A DNA stretch of 64,000 nt, from the NCBI GenBank assembly GCA_000965745.1, contig CP009479.1, positions 1,376,001 through 1,440,000 on the forward strand, given 5' to 3'. Position 1 is the first letter of the stretch; every line of letters starts with the position of its first letter. Of the stretch, positions 9,434-18,954 are shown piece by piece. The stretch comes from an uncultured archaeon. Its GTDB lineage: Archaea; Thermoplasmatota; Thermoplasmata; Thermoplasmatales; Thermoplasmataceae. The notes beneath the pieces were generated by a model, which worked only from the letters and a program-made list of their open reading frames with translations, did not search any database and had not been told where the DNA came from. The position numbers and the translations under genes are program-made.

Positions 9434-10576
9434 TCACAATATCCCCCTTACAACTCCAGAGAAGTAGGTATCTGATGATGCCCACTTGAGCAGGTAATCT
9501 GCCTTGCTTGCAAAAGAAACTCTCGGCTCCTTCTCGTATGAGAAATAAAGGCTCAAAGCTCGGTCGTCTCCCACCATGGTCGTCCAGTACACATCCCCGT
9601 TGTATTCCTTGTCGTAAGGGTTACCCACAAGCTCGTGGGTTATTCTGCTTGCAAGGAATTCTGCCTGCGATTTTGCAGAAGCCCCTGATTTTGCCACAGG
9701 GATGTTGGCAGTGTCTCCAATTGCGAATACATCGTCATAATCCTTGTAGTTAAGCTTGTTCTTGTCCACAAGGACAAATCCATCTTCTCCGGCAAGGCCT
9801 GAATCTCCAAGGTACCTCTGGCCTTTGTGTGGTGGAACCAGGACAAGAAGGCCGTATTTAGCTGAATCCCCGTCCTTTGAAGTGAGCTCTTTGTTCTTTG
9901 CGTTTACGGAGCTTACTTTGAAGTTTGTAACCAGGTTGATGCCCTTTTCTTCGAACTTGGCCTCTACATGGTCTGAAACGCCTTTAATATCAAAAGCCCT
10001 GTCCGAGGGGGACAGAAAGTGAATGTTAGTCTTATCCCTTGTACCGTTTCTTCTCAAGTATTCATCAAGCATCATGGCAAATTCAAAAGGACCAGGAGGG
10101 TATTGGAACGGTCCATCAGGCTGCCCTATGACAATATCCCCTGACCTGAACGTCTTGAGATGCTCTCTCAGGTTCAGAGAATCCTGAAGACTGTAGAAGT
10201 GTTTAGCCTCTCCTTCATATCCTGGGATGTCCTCATAGGCAAAACGGGTACCTGAGGCAAGGACAAGGTAGTCATAACTGTATGTTCTCCCCGATGTTCC
10301 AGTCAGAGAACGCTGCTCTATGTTTACGTTCGCTATTTCATCCTCTATGTAGTCCACACCATGGTTGAAGAGGAATCTTGTCTCTTTTACACTATCCTTA
10401 TATCTTTTCAGACCTACGGGAATGGTTATCCCATCTGACTTGAAATAATGCGTTGTGGATTTGCCAACAACAGCTATACTTGCTTCTCTAGGTCTCAAAA
10501 GGAACCTGAGCTTGTTGGCTAGCATTATCCCAGCGCTTCCGTCTCCGACAATAATTATTCTAGTTGGGGCAAACAT
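9434..10576 (-). CDS. SQR/FCSD-like FAD-dependent oxidoreductase lacking cysteines
   Basis: GDGSAG, YDYLVLASG, PPGPFE, PPHKG, VFAIGD, AKSG motifs of the type III SQR family; no Cys in 380 aa. Confidence 0.85.
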   Translation of the reverse strand: MFAPTRIIIVGDGSAGIMLANKLRFLLRPREASIAVVGKSTTHYFKSDGITIPVGLKRYKDSVKETRFLFNHGVDYIEDEIANVNIEQRSLTGTSGRTYSYDYLVLASGTRFAYEDIPGYEGEAKHFYSLQDSLNLREHLKTFRSGDIVIGQPDGPFQYPPGPFEFAMMLDEYLRRNGTRDKTNIHFLSPSDRAFDIKGVSDHVEAKFEEKGINLVTNFKVSSVNAKNKELTSKDGDSAKYGLLVLVPPHKGQRYLGDSGLAGEDGFVLVDKNKLNYKDYDDVFAIGDTANIPVAKSGASAKSQAEFLASRITHELVGNPYDKEYNGDVYWTTMVGDDRALSLYFSYEKEPRVSFASKADYLLKWASSDTYFSGVVRGIL

Positions 10577-10843
10577 TCACATTTCACCTGCTATTTTTTT
10601 CACAGCTACTTCGTAATATCCTTCTCTCTCAAAGTCGCCTAAAAATTCATTTCCCGATTTTCTGGCCCAGGCTCTGCAGTCAACCTTCACGCCTTCATCC
10701 GTGGAATAGACAGATATGATGTCTCCGGCTGCGAGGTTCTTGAACTCGTCAATCAATCTCAAAAGAGGTCCGGGACACGGAATACCCCTGGCATCAACGA
10801 CTTTGTCGGGCCTGAGAGAAGGGCTACTATCCATCGCACTCAT
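10577..10843 (-). CDS. TusA family sulfur carrier
   Basis: DARGIPCPGPL (CPxP) motif. Confidence 0.9.
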   Translation of the reverse strand: MSAMDSSPSLRPDKVVDARGIPCPGPLLRLIDEFKNLAAGDIISVYSTDEGVKVDCRAWARKSGNEFLGDFEREGYYEVAVKKIAGEM

Positions 10844-11105
10844 ATTATAAACTTAATAATAGTATTTTCGGGCTATCTTTATTAAAATCAGCAATAGGGC
10901 ACAACAGCTTTCGACAGCCATCATGGAGACTAAACATCTTTTCATCTTGTGCCATTGATAACAGTATAAACTGGCTTAACTACTTCCGCAAATCCGTAAA
11001 TTTTGACAACTTATACTGCGGCATTCAAACATTTTTGTACGGCCGATCGCAGTTGACTCAACCAACCGCATGTAAAGAATATATATCGAGTCAAGATTCG
11101 GAGAC

Positions 11106-11408
11106 ATGGATTCCCAGTTCAGAGTCGTTTCCAAGGAAAAAAATTCTATCGTATTCGAAATGTTGAACTACGACAACACATTGTTAAGGCCACTTGTTGA
11201 AGAGCTCCTCAGGGACGAACAGGTGGAAGAGTCAAGGTATTATATCAAGCACCCTGTTATAGATAACCCACAGATTTTCATAAAGGTGAAGACAGGTAAG
11301 CCGCAGGCTGCACTCAAGCGTTCACTCAAGAAGCTGAGCAAGATCTATGAGAACCTGTCTACTGAATTGGCCAAAGAATTAAAGGAACAAAACGGAAAGC
11401 AGGCCTAA
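11106..11408 (+). CDS. rpoL: DNA-directed RNA polymerase subunit L (Rpo11)
   Basis: DNTLLRPL..Y.IKHP pattern; 100 aa. Confidence 0.85.
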   Translation: MDSQFRVVSKEKNSIVFEMLNYDNTLLRPLVEELLRDEQVEESRYYIKHPVIDNPQIFIKVKTGKPQAALKRSLKKLSKIYENLSTELAKELKEQNGKQA

Positions 11409-11416
11409 TCTCGAAA

Positions 11417-12394
11417 GTGATGAATGATCGTTTTTTTGTAGAATTCAGCCGTGAGAATTCAGAAGCGGCAAAATTTGAACTTCTGACTGTTGAAAAGTCA
11501 TCTCACAGTTTCACAACAGCAGTTCTCGAGGATCAGTTTGCAATAGTCGAGGGACGTCCTGATTATATTATGGACTGTTCATTCGTAAACTATGTTTCGA
11601 AGATTCTAGAACAAAAGGAAAGTTACCATGATTTCACAGATACTTATTTACCCGAGGGTAGCTTCTTCACACGGGTAAAAGACTTCGATGCATGCCACAA
11701 CGCCAACTCTGAACCGGAAATAGGAAGGATCATCAAGGGAGACCACACTGTAACCTTCAAGAATCCCGATTTCAAAGTAAGGGCAATTCATGCAGGGAGC
11801 TGGTATCTTTCAGTTGTAGTCTACGAGAAAGACAAAAAATCCATGGAAGCCAGAAGAGCCCCACTCCGGCCATTCTTCTCACCAATAGCAATTCATCCCA
11901 AGTACGCTAGATACCTCGTTAATACAACAGAAACAAAGCCCAAGGACACTATTCTTGACCCGTTCTGTGGCACAGGAGGCATACTCCTCGAAGCAGGACT
12001 GATGGGCAGGAGGATCAAAGGCAACGACTTCTCCTTAAACATGGTGAAGGGTGCAAGGCTCAACCTGAAATATTTCAATCTCAAGGATTATACAATTCTC
12101 AACAGGGACATAGCGGACCTGGAACTCGATACTAGCGTGGACGGTATTGCTACCGATCTCCCTTATGGAAGGAATTCCAACATGAAGGCAGAGTCCTTGA
12201 GAGACCTCTACAGGACGGCGTTCGCAAAGTTCCATGAATTGCTCAAGCCCGGGGGAGTGGCGTCCATTATAATTTCGGACACTGATCTGCTCGTGTTTGC
12301 AGACGGCTTATTTGAATCTGGCAAGATCGTGGGTGTACCTCAGCACAGGTCACTTACAAGATATTTTGTGCATTTGAAAAAGCTAGATACTTAA
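11417..12394 (+). CDS. tRNA (guanine-10-N2)-methyltransferase, Trm11/TrmG10 family
   Basis: RPFFSP, LDPFCGTGGILLEA, TDLPYG, HRSLTR. Confidence 0.85.
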   Translation: MMNDRFFVEFSRENSEAAKFELLTVEKSSHSFTTAVLEDQFAIVEGRPDYIMDCSFVNYVSKILEQKESYHDFTDTYLPEGSFFTRVKDFDACHNANSEPEIGRIIKGDHTVTFKNPDFKVRAIHAGSWYLSVVVYEKDKKSMEARRAPLRPFFSPIAIHPKYARYLVNTTETKPKDTILDPFCGTGGILLEAGLMGRRIKGNDFSLNMVKGARLNLKYFNLKDYTILNRDIADLELDTSVDGIATDLPYGRNSNMKAESLRDLYRTAFAKFHELLKPGGVASIIISDTDLLVFADGLFESGKIVGVPQHRSLTRYFVHLKKLDT

Positions 12395-12436
12395 TGACCA
12401 GTTAAGTTTATGTAGAAGAACAAATATACCAAGCAG

Positions 12437-12973
12437 ATGTCAGAGGAAGCATGCACTATGGATTCCTTAACTGATCCTATTTCAGAAGAGTTGAACAACT
12501 CAAAAATGAGACAGGCCAAATTCGGCGCAATAATGGCTGAGAAATCTATGAAAACAATAGAGTCCCTGCTGTCTGAGGTGTCTTATTACAAAGACCAGGT
12601 CATAAGGCAGAGGGCGGAAATTGACAATTATGTAAAAGCCAAAGAAAGGGAGGTAAAGAACATCCAGGAATATGCCAACAGGGACCTCATAAAAGGTTTG
12701 CTTCCGATCCTCGATTCAATTGACTCCGCACTGCTCAACGAGCCCGACTCAAAGGTTGCCGGGGTTGTGAGAGGACAGATATTAAAAATACTGTCGCAAT
12801 ACGGGTTCAAGCCAATCGAGGCAAAAGGAATGAAATTCGATCCATACTTCCATGAAGCAATTTCGGTCACCGAGAACGGGGATGACGGAATGATAGTGGA
12901 GGAGATACAGAAAGGTTACATGCTAAAGGATAACGTAATAAGGACATCGAAAGTAATTGTAGGAAAGAGGTGA
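12437..12973 (+). CDS. grpE: Nucleotide exchange factor GrpE
   Basis: [22 protein letters not shown]; precedes dnaK. Confidence 0.95.
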   Translation: MSEEACTMDSLTDPISEELNNSKMRQAKFGAIMAEKSMKTIESLLSEVSYYKDQVIRQRAEIDNYVKAKEREVKNIQEYANRDLIKGLLPILDSIDSALLNEPDSKVAGVVRGQILKILSQYGFKPIEAKGMKFDPYFHEAISVTENGDDGMIVEEIQKGYMLKDNVIRTSKVIVGKR

Positions 12974-14835
12974 ATATTGTGGGAAAAATAATAGGAATTG
13001 ATCTTGGAACAAGTAATTCAGCAGCAGCGGCTGTTATCTCTGGGAAGCCGACCATAATCCCTAGTGCTGAGGGGGTCTCAATTGGCGGAAAGTCATTCCC
13101 CAGTTATGTGGCAATGACCAAAGACGGGGACCTTCTGGTCGGTGAGCCTGCCAGGAGGCAGGCATTACTGAATCCGGAAGGAACAGTATACGCTGCCAAA
13201 AGGAAGATGGGGACCGATCATAAGTTCAACATTTTTGGTAAGGAATACACTCCGCAGCAAATATCTGCATTCATACTGCAGAAGATAAAAAAAGATGCTG
13301 AGGCATTTCTTGGGGAGCCTGTCACAGAAGCAGTAATAACCGTGCCAGCTTACTTCAATGATAACCAGAGGCAGGCCACAAAGGATGCAGGATCAATAGC
13401 AGGTCTTGAGGTAAAAAGAATCATAAATGAGCCCACGGCGGCGTCACTCGCTTATGGGATTGACAAGTCGGACCAGTCGCAGAAGATTCTCGTTTTCGAT
13501 CTTGGAGGTGGTACGCTTGACGTCACCATAATGGACTTTGGAGAGGGCGTCTTTGAAGTCGTATCAACATCGGGAGACACAAATCTTGGCGGAACCGACA
13601 TGGACGAATCAATAATCAAGTTCCTCGCAGAGGATTTCAAGAGCAAGGAAGGAATAGACCTTCTTAAGGACAGGTCTGCGTATATAAGACTCAAGGACGC
13701 AGCTGAAAAGGCTAAGATTGAGCTTTCATCCTCAACAACAACGGAGATCAATATTCCTTATATCTCGGCTACCCAGGACGGCCCCAAACATCTCCAGTAC
13801 AATCTTTCCAGAGCCAAGTTCGAGGAACTCATTGCACCGATAATCGAGAAGGCAAAGGCACCAATAGACGATGCCTTGAAGGCAGGCAATATGGGCAAAG
13901 ATGACCTGACAAGAGTAATCCTGGTCGGTGGCCCGACGAGAATACCACTCGTGCGCAAGTTTGTTGAGGACTACATTGGCCAGAAGATTGAGGGCGGTGT
14001 CGATCCGATGGAGTGTGTCGCAACGGGGGCAGCTCTGCAGGGAGCAGTAATCTCAGGAGATATCAAGGACATAGTTCTTCTTGATGTTACACCGCTTACT
14101 CTGGGCATAGAGACCCTCGGCGGTGTGGTAACTCCTCTTATTCCAGCCAACACAACCATTCCGGCAAAGAAGTCCCAGACATTTACTACAGCGGCTGATA
14201 TGCAGACAGCAGTGACAGTTCATGTGGTTCAGGGGGAAAGGCCCATGGCAGCAGATAACGTATCACTGGGGATGTTTAATCTGACTGGAATTCCTGCGGC
14301 CCCAAGGGGCGTTCCACAAATAGAGGTAACATTCGATATAGACTCAAACGGGATTCTGAACGTGTCTGCTGTTGACAAAGGTACCGGCAAGAAGCAGAGC
14401 ATATCTATAACTGCCTCTAACAAGCTTTCCCAGGACGAAATAGACAAGATGAAAAAACAGGCAGAAGAATACGCAGAGCAGGACAGGAAAAAGAAAGAAG
14501 AGATTGAGCAGATTAACAACGCTGAAACACTGGCTTACACTGTTGAAAAGACAGTCAACGAGGCAGGGGACAAGATAGATGAAGACACAAAAACCAGGAT
14601 TCAGGGCTCTGTGGCAGACCTAAGGAAAGCGATATCTGTCAATGACCTAAACAAGGTCAGGGAGCTCAGCGACTCACTTACCAAGGAGATACAGGAAATA
14701 GGCTCCAAGATGTACCAGCCTTCAGGAGAAGAGCAGGCGGCATCAGACGAATCGTCTCAGGAAGCTGCGGGGGACCAGCAGAAAGATGAAGGCGATGAAA
14801 AGGTAGTGGACGCTGAGTATCAGGACAAAGAGTAA
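12970..14835 (+). CDS. dnaK: Chaperone DnaK
   Basis: [30 protein letters not shown]. Confidence 0.99.
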   Translation: MNIVGKIIGIDLGTSNSAAAAVISGKPTIIPSAEGVSIGGKSFPSYVAMTKDGDLLVGEPARRQALLNPEGTVYAAKRKMGTDHKFNIFGKEYTPQQISAFILQKIKKDAEAFLGEPVTEAVITVPAYFNDNQRQATKDAGSIAGLEVKRIINEPTAASLAYGIDKSDQSQKILVFDLGGGTLDVTIMDFGEGVFEVVSTSGDTNLGGTDMDESIIKFLAEDFKSKEGIDLLKDRSAYIRLKDAAEKAKIELSSSTTTEINIPYISATQDGPKHLQYNLSRAKFEELIAPIIEKAKAPIDDALKAGNMGKDDLTRVILVGGPTRIPLVRKFVEDYIGQKIEGGVDPMECVATGAALQGAVISGDIKDIVLLDVTPLTLGIETLGGVVTPLIPANTTIPAKKSQTFTTAADMQTAVTVHVVQGERPMAADNVSLGMFNLTGIPAAPRGVPQIEVTFDIDSNGILNVSAVDKGTGKKQSISITASNKLSQDEIDKMKKQAEEYAEQDRKKKEEIEQINNAETLAYTVEKTVNEAGDKIDEDTKTRIQGSVADLRKAISVNDLNKVRELSDSLTKEIQEIGSKMYQPSGEEQAASDESSQEAAGDQQKDEGDEKVVDAEYQDKE

Positions 14836-14854
14836 ACAAAGATTGATGAATTAA

Positions 14855-15964
14855 ATGCCAAGGGACTATTACGAAGTACTCGGAGTTTCAAAGGGCGCGT
14901 CTCAGGATGAGATAAAGAAGGCTTTCAGAGCCTTGGCTAGAAAATACCATCCTGACGCCAACCCGAACAATAAAGAAGCAGCGGAAGAGAAATTCAAGGA
15001 GATCGGGGAAGCATACGAAGTACTATCAGACGAAAATAAGAGGCGCATGTATGACCAGACAGGGTCGGTCGACTTCGGCTCAGGGAGGCAGGATTTCAGA
15101 TGGGAGGACTTCTCACACTTTAATGACTTCGGTGACCTCGGCGATATATTCAAGACTATATTTGGCGGTGGAGGGGGCGGTTTTGGAGACTCCTTTTTCA
15201 GTGGTTTCCATGACAGCGGACCGGACCTTGACATGGCCGTCCAGATAAAGGTAAACCTTGAGGATGCCTACAAAGGGTCTAAGAAGAGCGTCAAGTACAG
15301 GAGAAATGCCAGCTGTGATGCTTGCAAAGGCACAGGAGCCAAGAACCAGAAGCTCACAACGTGCAAAACGTGCAATGGATCAGGTCAGCAGAGGGTTGTT
15401 CAGGGCCAGGGATTCTTCAGGATGGTATCGGTAACCACTTGCCATGCCTGCAATGGAAAGGGAAGAATACCTGTAGAGCCGTGTTCCGTATGCAAGGGAA
15501 ACGGTTCAAACCCAATTACAGAGGACCTCTCCATAAGCATTCCAAAAGGGGCTGTGGACAACCTCAGGCTTCGTCTCAAAGGGAAGGGGCAGTCACACAA
15601 CGGAAGGACAGGCGACCTGTATGTGATATTAAGGGTCGAGGAAGACAGATCGATCAGGCGAAGGAATGACGATATCATAGTTGACAGATCGGTAAGCTTC
15701 CCTCAAGCAGCTCTCGGAACTGACATGGATATTGACATATTCGGCAACAGTTACGACCTGAATGTTCCGCCCGGAACACAGCCTGGCGAGATTCTGAGGA
15801 TAAAGGGGGCTGGAATGCCCAGACTTAATTCAAAGGGGTCAGGCGACCTGCTGGTACGTGTAAACGTTGAAGTACCAAAGCATCTCAACTCCAAGCAGAA
15901 GGATCTTGTCAAGCAGCTCATGGAAGAGTTTGAAAAGAAAAAAGGCTGGTTCCACAACAACTGA
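14855..15964 (+). CDS. dnaJ: Chaperone DnaJ
   Basis: HPD J-domain, G/F-rich region, four CxxCxGxG repeats. Confidence 0.99.
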   Translation: MPRDYYEVLGVSKGASQDEIKKAFRALARKYHPDANPNNKEAAEEKFKEIGEAYEVLSDENKRRMYDQTGSVDFGSGRQDFRWEDFSHFNDFGDLGDIFKTIFGGGGGGFGDSFFSGFHDSGPDLDMAVQIKVNLEDAYKGSKKSVKYRRNASCDACKGTGAKNQKLTTCKTCNGSGQQRVVQGQGFFRMVSVTTCHACNGKGRIPVEPCSVCKGNGSNPITEDLSISIPKGAVDNLRLRLKGKGQSHNGRTGDLYVILRVEEDRSIRRRNDDIIVDRSVSFPQAALGTDMDIDIFGNSYDLNVPPGTQPGEILRIKGAGMPRLNSKGSGDLLVRVNVEVPKHLNSKQKDLVKQLMEEFEKKKGWFHNN

Positions 15965-16010
15965 ACTCACCTTTTTGGGCAAGACTCAGTTATGCTCCAG
16001 TTCACGGTTA

Positions 16011-16199
16011 TCAACACAATGGGGTAAAAGGAACATCTCCACACACTACAAGGAAAGCAAGAGATACCAGAATAGCAAAGGGGCTGGTGCCGGAAGTTCC
16101 GGGCAAATATCGCTGCTCGACTGCCAGAATCACCAGAGAAATAATGAAAGCTGCAATCGTCGCCCTTCTCTCATTCCTCAAGGTAGGGCTTGTTAACAT
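16011..16199 (-). CDS. Small hypothetical two-helix membrane protein
   Basis: 62 aa with two hydrophobic stretches; TATA-like tract upstream. Confidence 0.4.
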   Translation of the reverse strand: MLTSPTLRNERRATIAAFIISLVILAVEQRYLPGTSGTSPFAILVSLAFLVVCGDVPFTPLC

Positions 16200-16406
16200 T
16201 CTTTGAGTGGATTCCTCACACTTCGGGATTCTTTTTACACGCTTCTTATATTTTTATACTCAGGTATGTGCTATTCTGACGGTGGTAGAAAGATATTTTG
16301 CGGGGGAGCTGTCCCCAGCGGAAGCCCTGACTGATTGCAGGTATCAAAGCCCAATAACACCTGCAGCACGGAAAAATATAAATGCATACAAAATAATGGT
16401 TTAGCA

Positions 16407-16859
16407 ATGAAAGTACTAATTGCCTTTGACAATTCCCAGGCATCCAAAAACGCGCTCAACTTCGCCCTTAAAATGAAGCCTGTTGTGGACGAGTACTATA
16501 TCGCATACGTAACGCCGACAGTAATCGGCGCAGGCCCAACCTTTGATGCGTATGTTCCCGCGTCAGTTTACCAGAGGCAAGAGCAGACTGCGGATAACGT
16601 TCTGAACATGGCTCGTGAACTAATGGAAAGGCGCGGAGTCACCGCAACATTCCTGAAACTTGATGCTTCGGGAGACCAGGTGGCAAGAGTCATAGTCAAC
16701 ACCGCCAAGGAAAATGGTGTTGACCTTATAATCACAGGAACCAGGAAGCTGGCTGGCCTCAGTAGGGTTCTTCTCGGATCGGTGAGCACAGAAATAATCA
16801 AACTTTCTGAAATTCCAACACTCGTCGCGCCACCCGTGGAGGAAACTGAGAAAGAATGA
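16407..16859 (+). CDS. Universal stress protein (USP)
   Basis: MKVLIAFDNS start; DLIITGTR..LLGSVS motif. Confidence 0.93.
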   Translation: MKVLIAFDNSQASKNALNFALKMKPVVDEYYIAYVTPTVIGAGPTFDAYVPASVYQRQEQTADNVLNMARELMERRGVTATFLKLDASGDQVARVIVNTAKENGVDLIITGTRKLAGLSRVLLGSVSTEIIKLSEIPTLVAPPVEETEKE

Positions 16860-16899
16860 CACGTTTTTATATCTCTCCAGCATAAAGGGGTAGATTTGG

Positions 16900-17127
16900 A
16901 TGGGAAGTATCAGACCTTCAAGCATTAAGAGAATCGCAGAAGAATTTGCCGAAAAACACCAGGACAAGTTCAATGAGGACTTCGAGAACAACAAGGAAAT
17001 CATAAAGCAGTCTATCGGCGGAATCTCCAAAAAAACCGGCAACCTCATAGCTGGGTATATCACCAGGTATGTAGTCAAGAAGAAAGAGAAACTGCAGAGA
17101 GAAATGGAAGAAAACGTGGTTGCGTAA
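16900..17127 (+). CDS. rps17e: 30S ribosomal protein S17e
   Basis: MGSIRPSSIKR, F..DFENNK, N.IAGYIT. Confidence 0.95.
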   Translation: MGSIRPSSIKRIAEEFAEKHQDKFNEDFENNKEIIKQSIGGISKKTGNLIAGYITRYVVKKKEKLQREMEENVVA

Positions 17128-17241
17128 GTATTCCACGAGACTGAATTTTTATTGTTTTAACAAAATTGAGCGGGAAATCCCCTTCCGAAAGGGAGGGGAT
17201 TAAAGCGAAATCCTTATGGTTGATAAGGAAATAGTATAACT

Positions 17242-17664
17242 ATGTCCTATGACCTCGACAGGGGGGCTCATTCGGTTTACTCCCTATATTACCACTTCAT
17301 TCAGGTGGTGAAGTACCGGAGGGAAGTTTTCGTAAATGATGAGCTTGTGGATTTCCTCAAAACAAAGGTCAGGGAGATAGCGGATAGATTCAGTGTCGAG
17401 GTTGTTTCAATAGAATGCGACAGAGATCATTTCCACATGCTCTTCAAGGGAACGCCCGTTCTGAGGATCACTGAATTTGTGAATGCAGTGAAGACCATCA
17501 CATCGAGGGAAATACAGAGAAGATTCCCCGAAGTGAAGAAGGTTCTGTGGAAGGGCAAAATGTGGTCACCCTCCTACTTTCTGGCGACATCGGGGCAGGT
17601 AACATTGCCTGTAATGATGAAGTATGTTGAATCGCAGGAGGCTAAGAGAACTGAAAGCGTATAG
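17242..17664 (+). CDS. tnpA: IS200-type Y1 (HUH) transposase
   Basis: HSVY, KYRR, HFH (HUH), W..SYF, Y..SQ catalytic tyrosine. Confidence 0.97.
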   Translation: MSYDLDRGAHSVYSLYYHFIQVVKYRREVFVNDELVDFLKTKVREIADRFSVEVVSIECDRDHFHMLFKGTPVLRITEFVNAVKTITSREIQRRFPEVKKVLWKGKMWSPSYFLATSGQVTLPVMMKYVESQEAKRTESV

Positions 17665-18856
17665 GTTCAGGCTGTACCCGTCTGCGGAGCAGGAAGAAAT
17701 GCACAACGAACAGCTGGAACTCTGCAGACAGTTGTACAACTCATTCCTGCTGGAACGAAGATACGCATACAGGGGATCAAGGAAATCCCTCACGTACAAC
17801 CGTCAGCAGAACGAGATACCTGAACTGAAGAATGCTTTTGAAGAATACAAAGAGATTCACTCACAGGTACTGCAGGATGTTGCCAGAAGGGCGGATCGTG
17901 CATACCAGAACTTTTACCGAAGAGTGAAGGAGAAGAAGCAGGGAATCAAAAAGAAGGCCGGATTCCCAAGACTGAAAGGAATGGGAAGGTACAGATCACT
18001 GACCTATCCACAATCAGGTTTCAGGATCATTGAGAACGGCCATCTCAAGATCTCAAAGATCGGAAGAGTGAGAATGTTCATGCACCGTGAGATTGAGGGC
18101 GAGATCAGGACACTCAACATCTCACGTGACAGCACAGGAAAATGGTATGCTTCATTCTCGGTGAAGCAGGAGATTGTTGCCTTCCAGCCAGAGAAGACGG
18201 GCAACAGCATCGGGATCGATGCTGGGCTGTTGCATCTTGCAACGATGAGTGACGGCACCGTGATCGATCATCCAAAATTCCTGAAGAAGGGAGAGAAGAG
18301 GATCAAAAAGGCACAGAGAAAACTGTCACGCAGGAAGAAAGGTTCAAACAACAGACGGAAGGCAAGGATGAATCTCTCGAAACAAAATCAAAAAGTGAAA
18401 AATCAGAGAGAGGACTTTGCACACAAGCTGTCAAGCCAGATCGTGAAGAACAATGATCTGATCGCCTTCGAGAACCTGAACATAACAGGAATGATGAAGA
18501 ACCATCATCTGGCAAAGGGCATAGCGGATGCTTCATGGAGCACCATCGTACAGTACACAACCTACAAGGCTGGGAGTGCCGGTAAGAGTGTGGTGATGGT
18601 TGATCCAGGAAACACGTCAAGAGAATGCTCGAATTGCGGATACGGTAAGGAATCGATGAAACTATCTGAAAGGACGTTTCACTGTGATTCCTGCGGCTAT
18701 GAGATCGACAGGGATCTCAATGCAGCGATCAACATCCATAACAGAGGATTGGAAAAGGTAGGGAGGGGCACTCCCGAAGTTACGCCTGTGGAGACTGGAG
18801 TCCAACTATCCTTCCGGATGGTTCAGCCGGTCAGGGAAGCAGGAAGCCCCGTCTGA
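17624..18856 (+). CDS. tnpB: RNA-guided endonuclease TnpB
   Basis: KAYRFRLYP HTH; RuvC D (GIDAG), E (AFENL) and D (DRDLNAA); CSNC..CDSC zinc ribbon. Confidence 0.97.
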   Translation: MLNRRRLRELKAYRFRLYPSAEQEEMHNEQLELCRQLYNSFLLERRYAYRGSRKSLTYNRQQNEIPELKNAFEEYKEIHSQVLQDVARRADRAYQNFYRRVKEKKQGIKKKAGFPRLKGMGRYRSLTYPQSGFRIIENGHLKISKIGRVRMFMHREIEGEIRTLNISRDSTGKWYASFSVKQEIVAFQPEKTGNSIGIDAGLLHLATMSDGTVIDHPKFLKKGEKRIKKAQRKLSRRKKGSNNRRKARMNLSKQNQKVKNQREDFAHKLSSQIVKNNDLIAFENLNITGMMKNHHLAKGIADASWSTIVQYTTYKAGSAGKSVVMVDPGNTSRECSNCGYGKESMKLSERTFHCDSCGYEIDRDLNAAINIHNRGLEKVGRGTPEVTPVETGVQLSFRMVQPVREAGSPV

Positions 18857-18896
18857 TAGGGCGGGGAGGATGTCACCAGCTGGGGACAGCATCAGC
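18700..18896 (+). ncRNA. Predicted TnpB omegaRNA/reRNA (5' end approximate); guide from flank 18877-18896
   Basis: Established IS605 architecture: scaffold overlaps the tnpB 3' end and right end, guide is the adjacent flank (CAGCTGGGGACAGCATCAGC). Confidence 0.6.
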
Positions 18897-18954
18897 TTTT
18901 AATAAAATGGCGGGAAAAAATAATAACGCCTCCCGCAATATACGAGTGATTGTC

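Larger units (their letters stand above)
17161..18876 (+). mobile_element. IS200/IS605 family element (tnpA+tnpB)
   Basis: Left subterminal hairpin ATCCCCTTCC-GAAA-GGGAGGGGAT (17177-17200); right hairpin CCCCGTCT-GATA-GGGCGGGG ending in TCAC at 18876; left boundary inferred after TTTAA (17156-17160). Confidence 0.9.
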
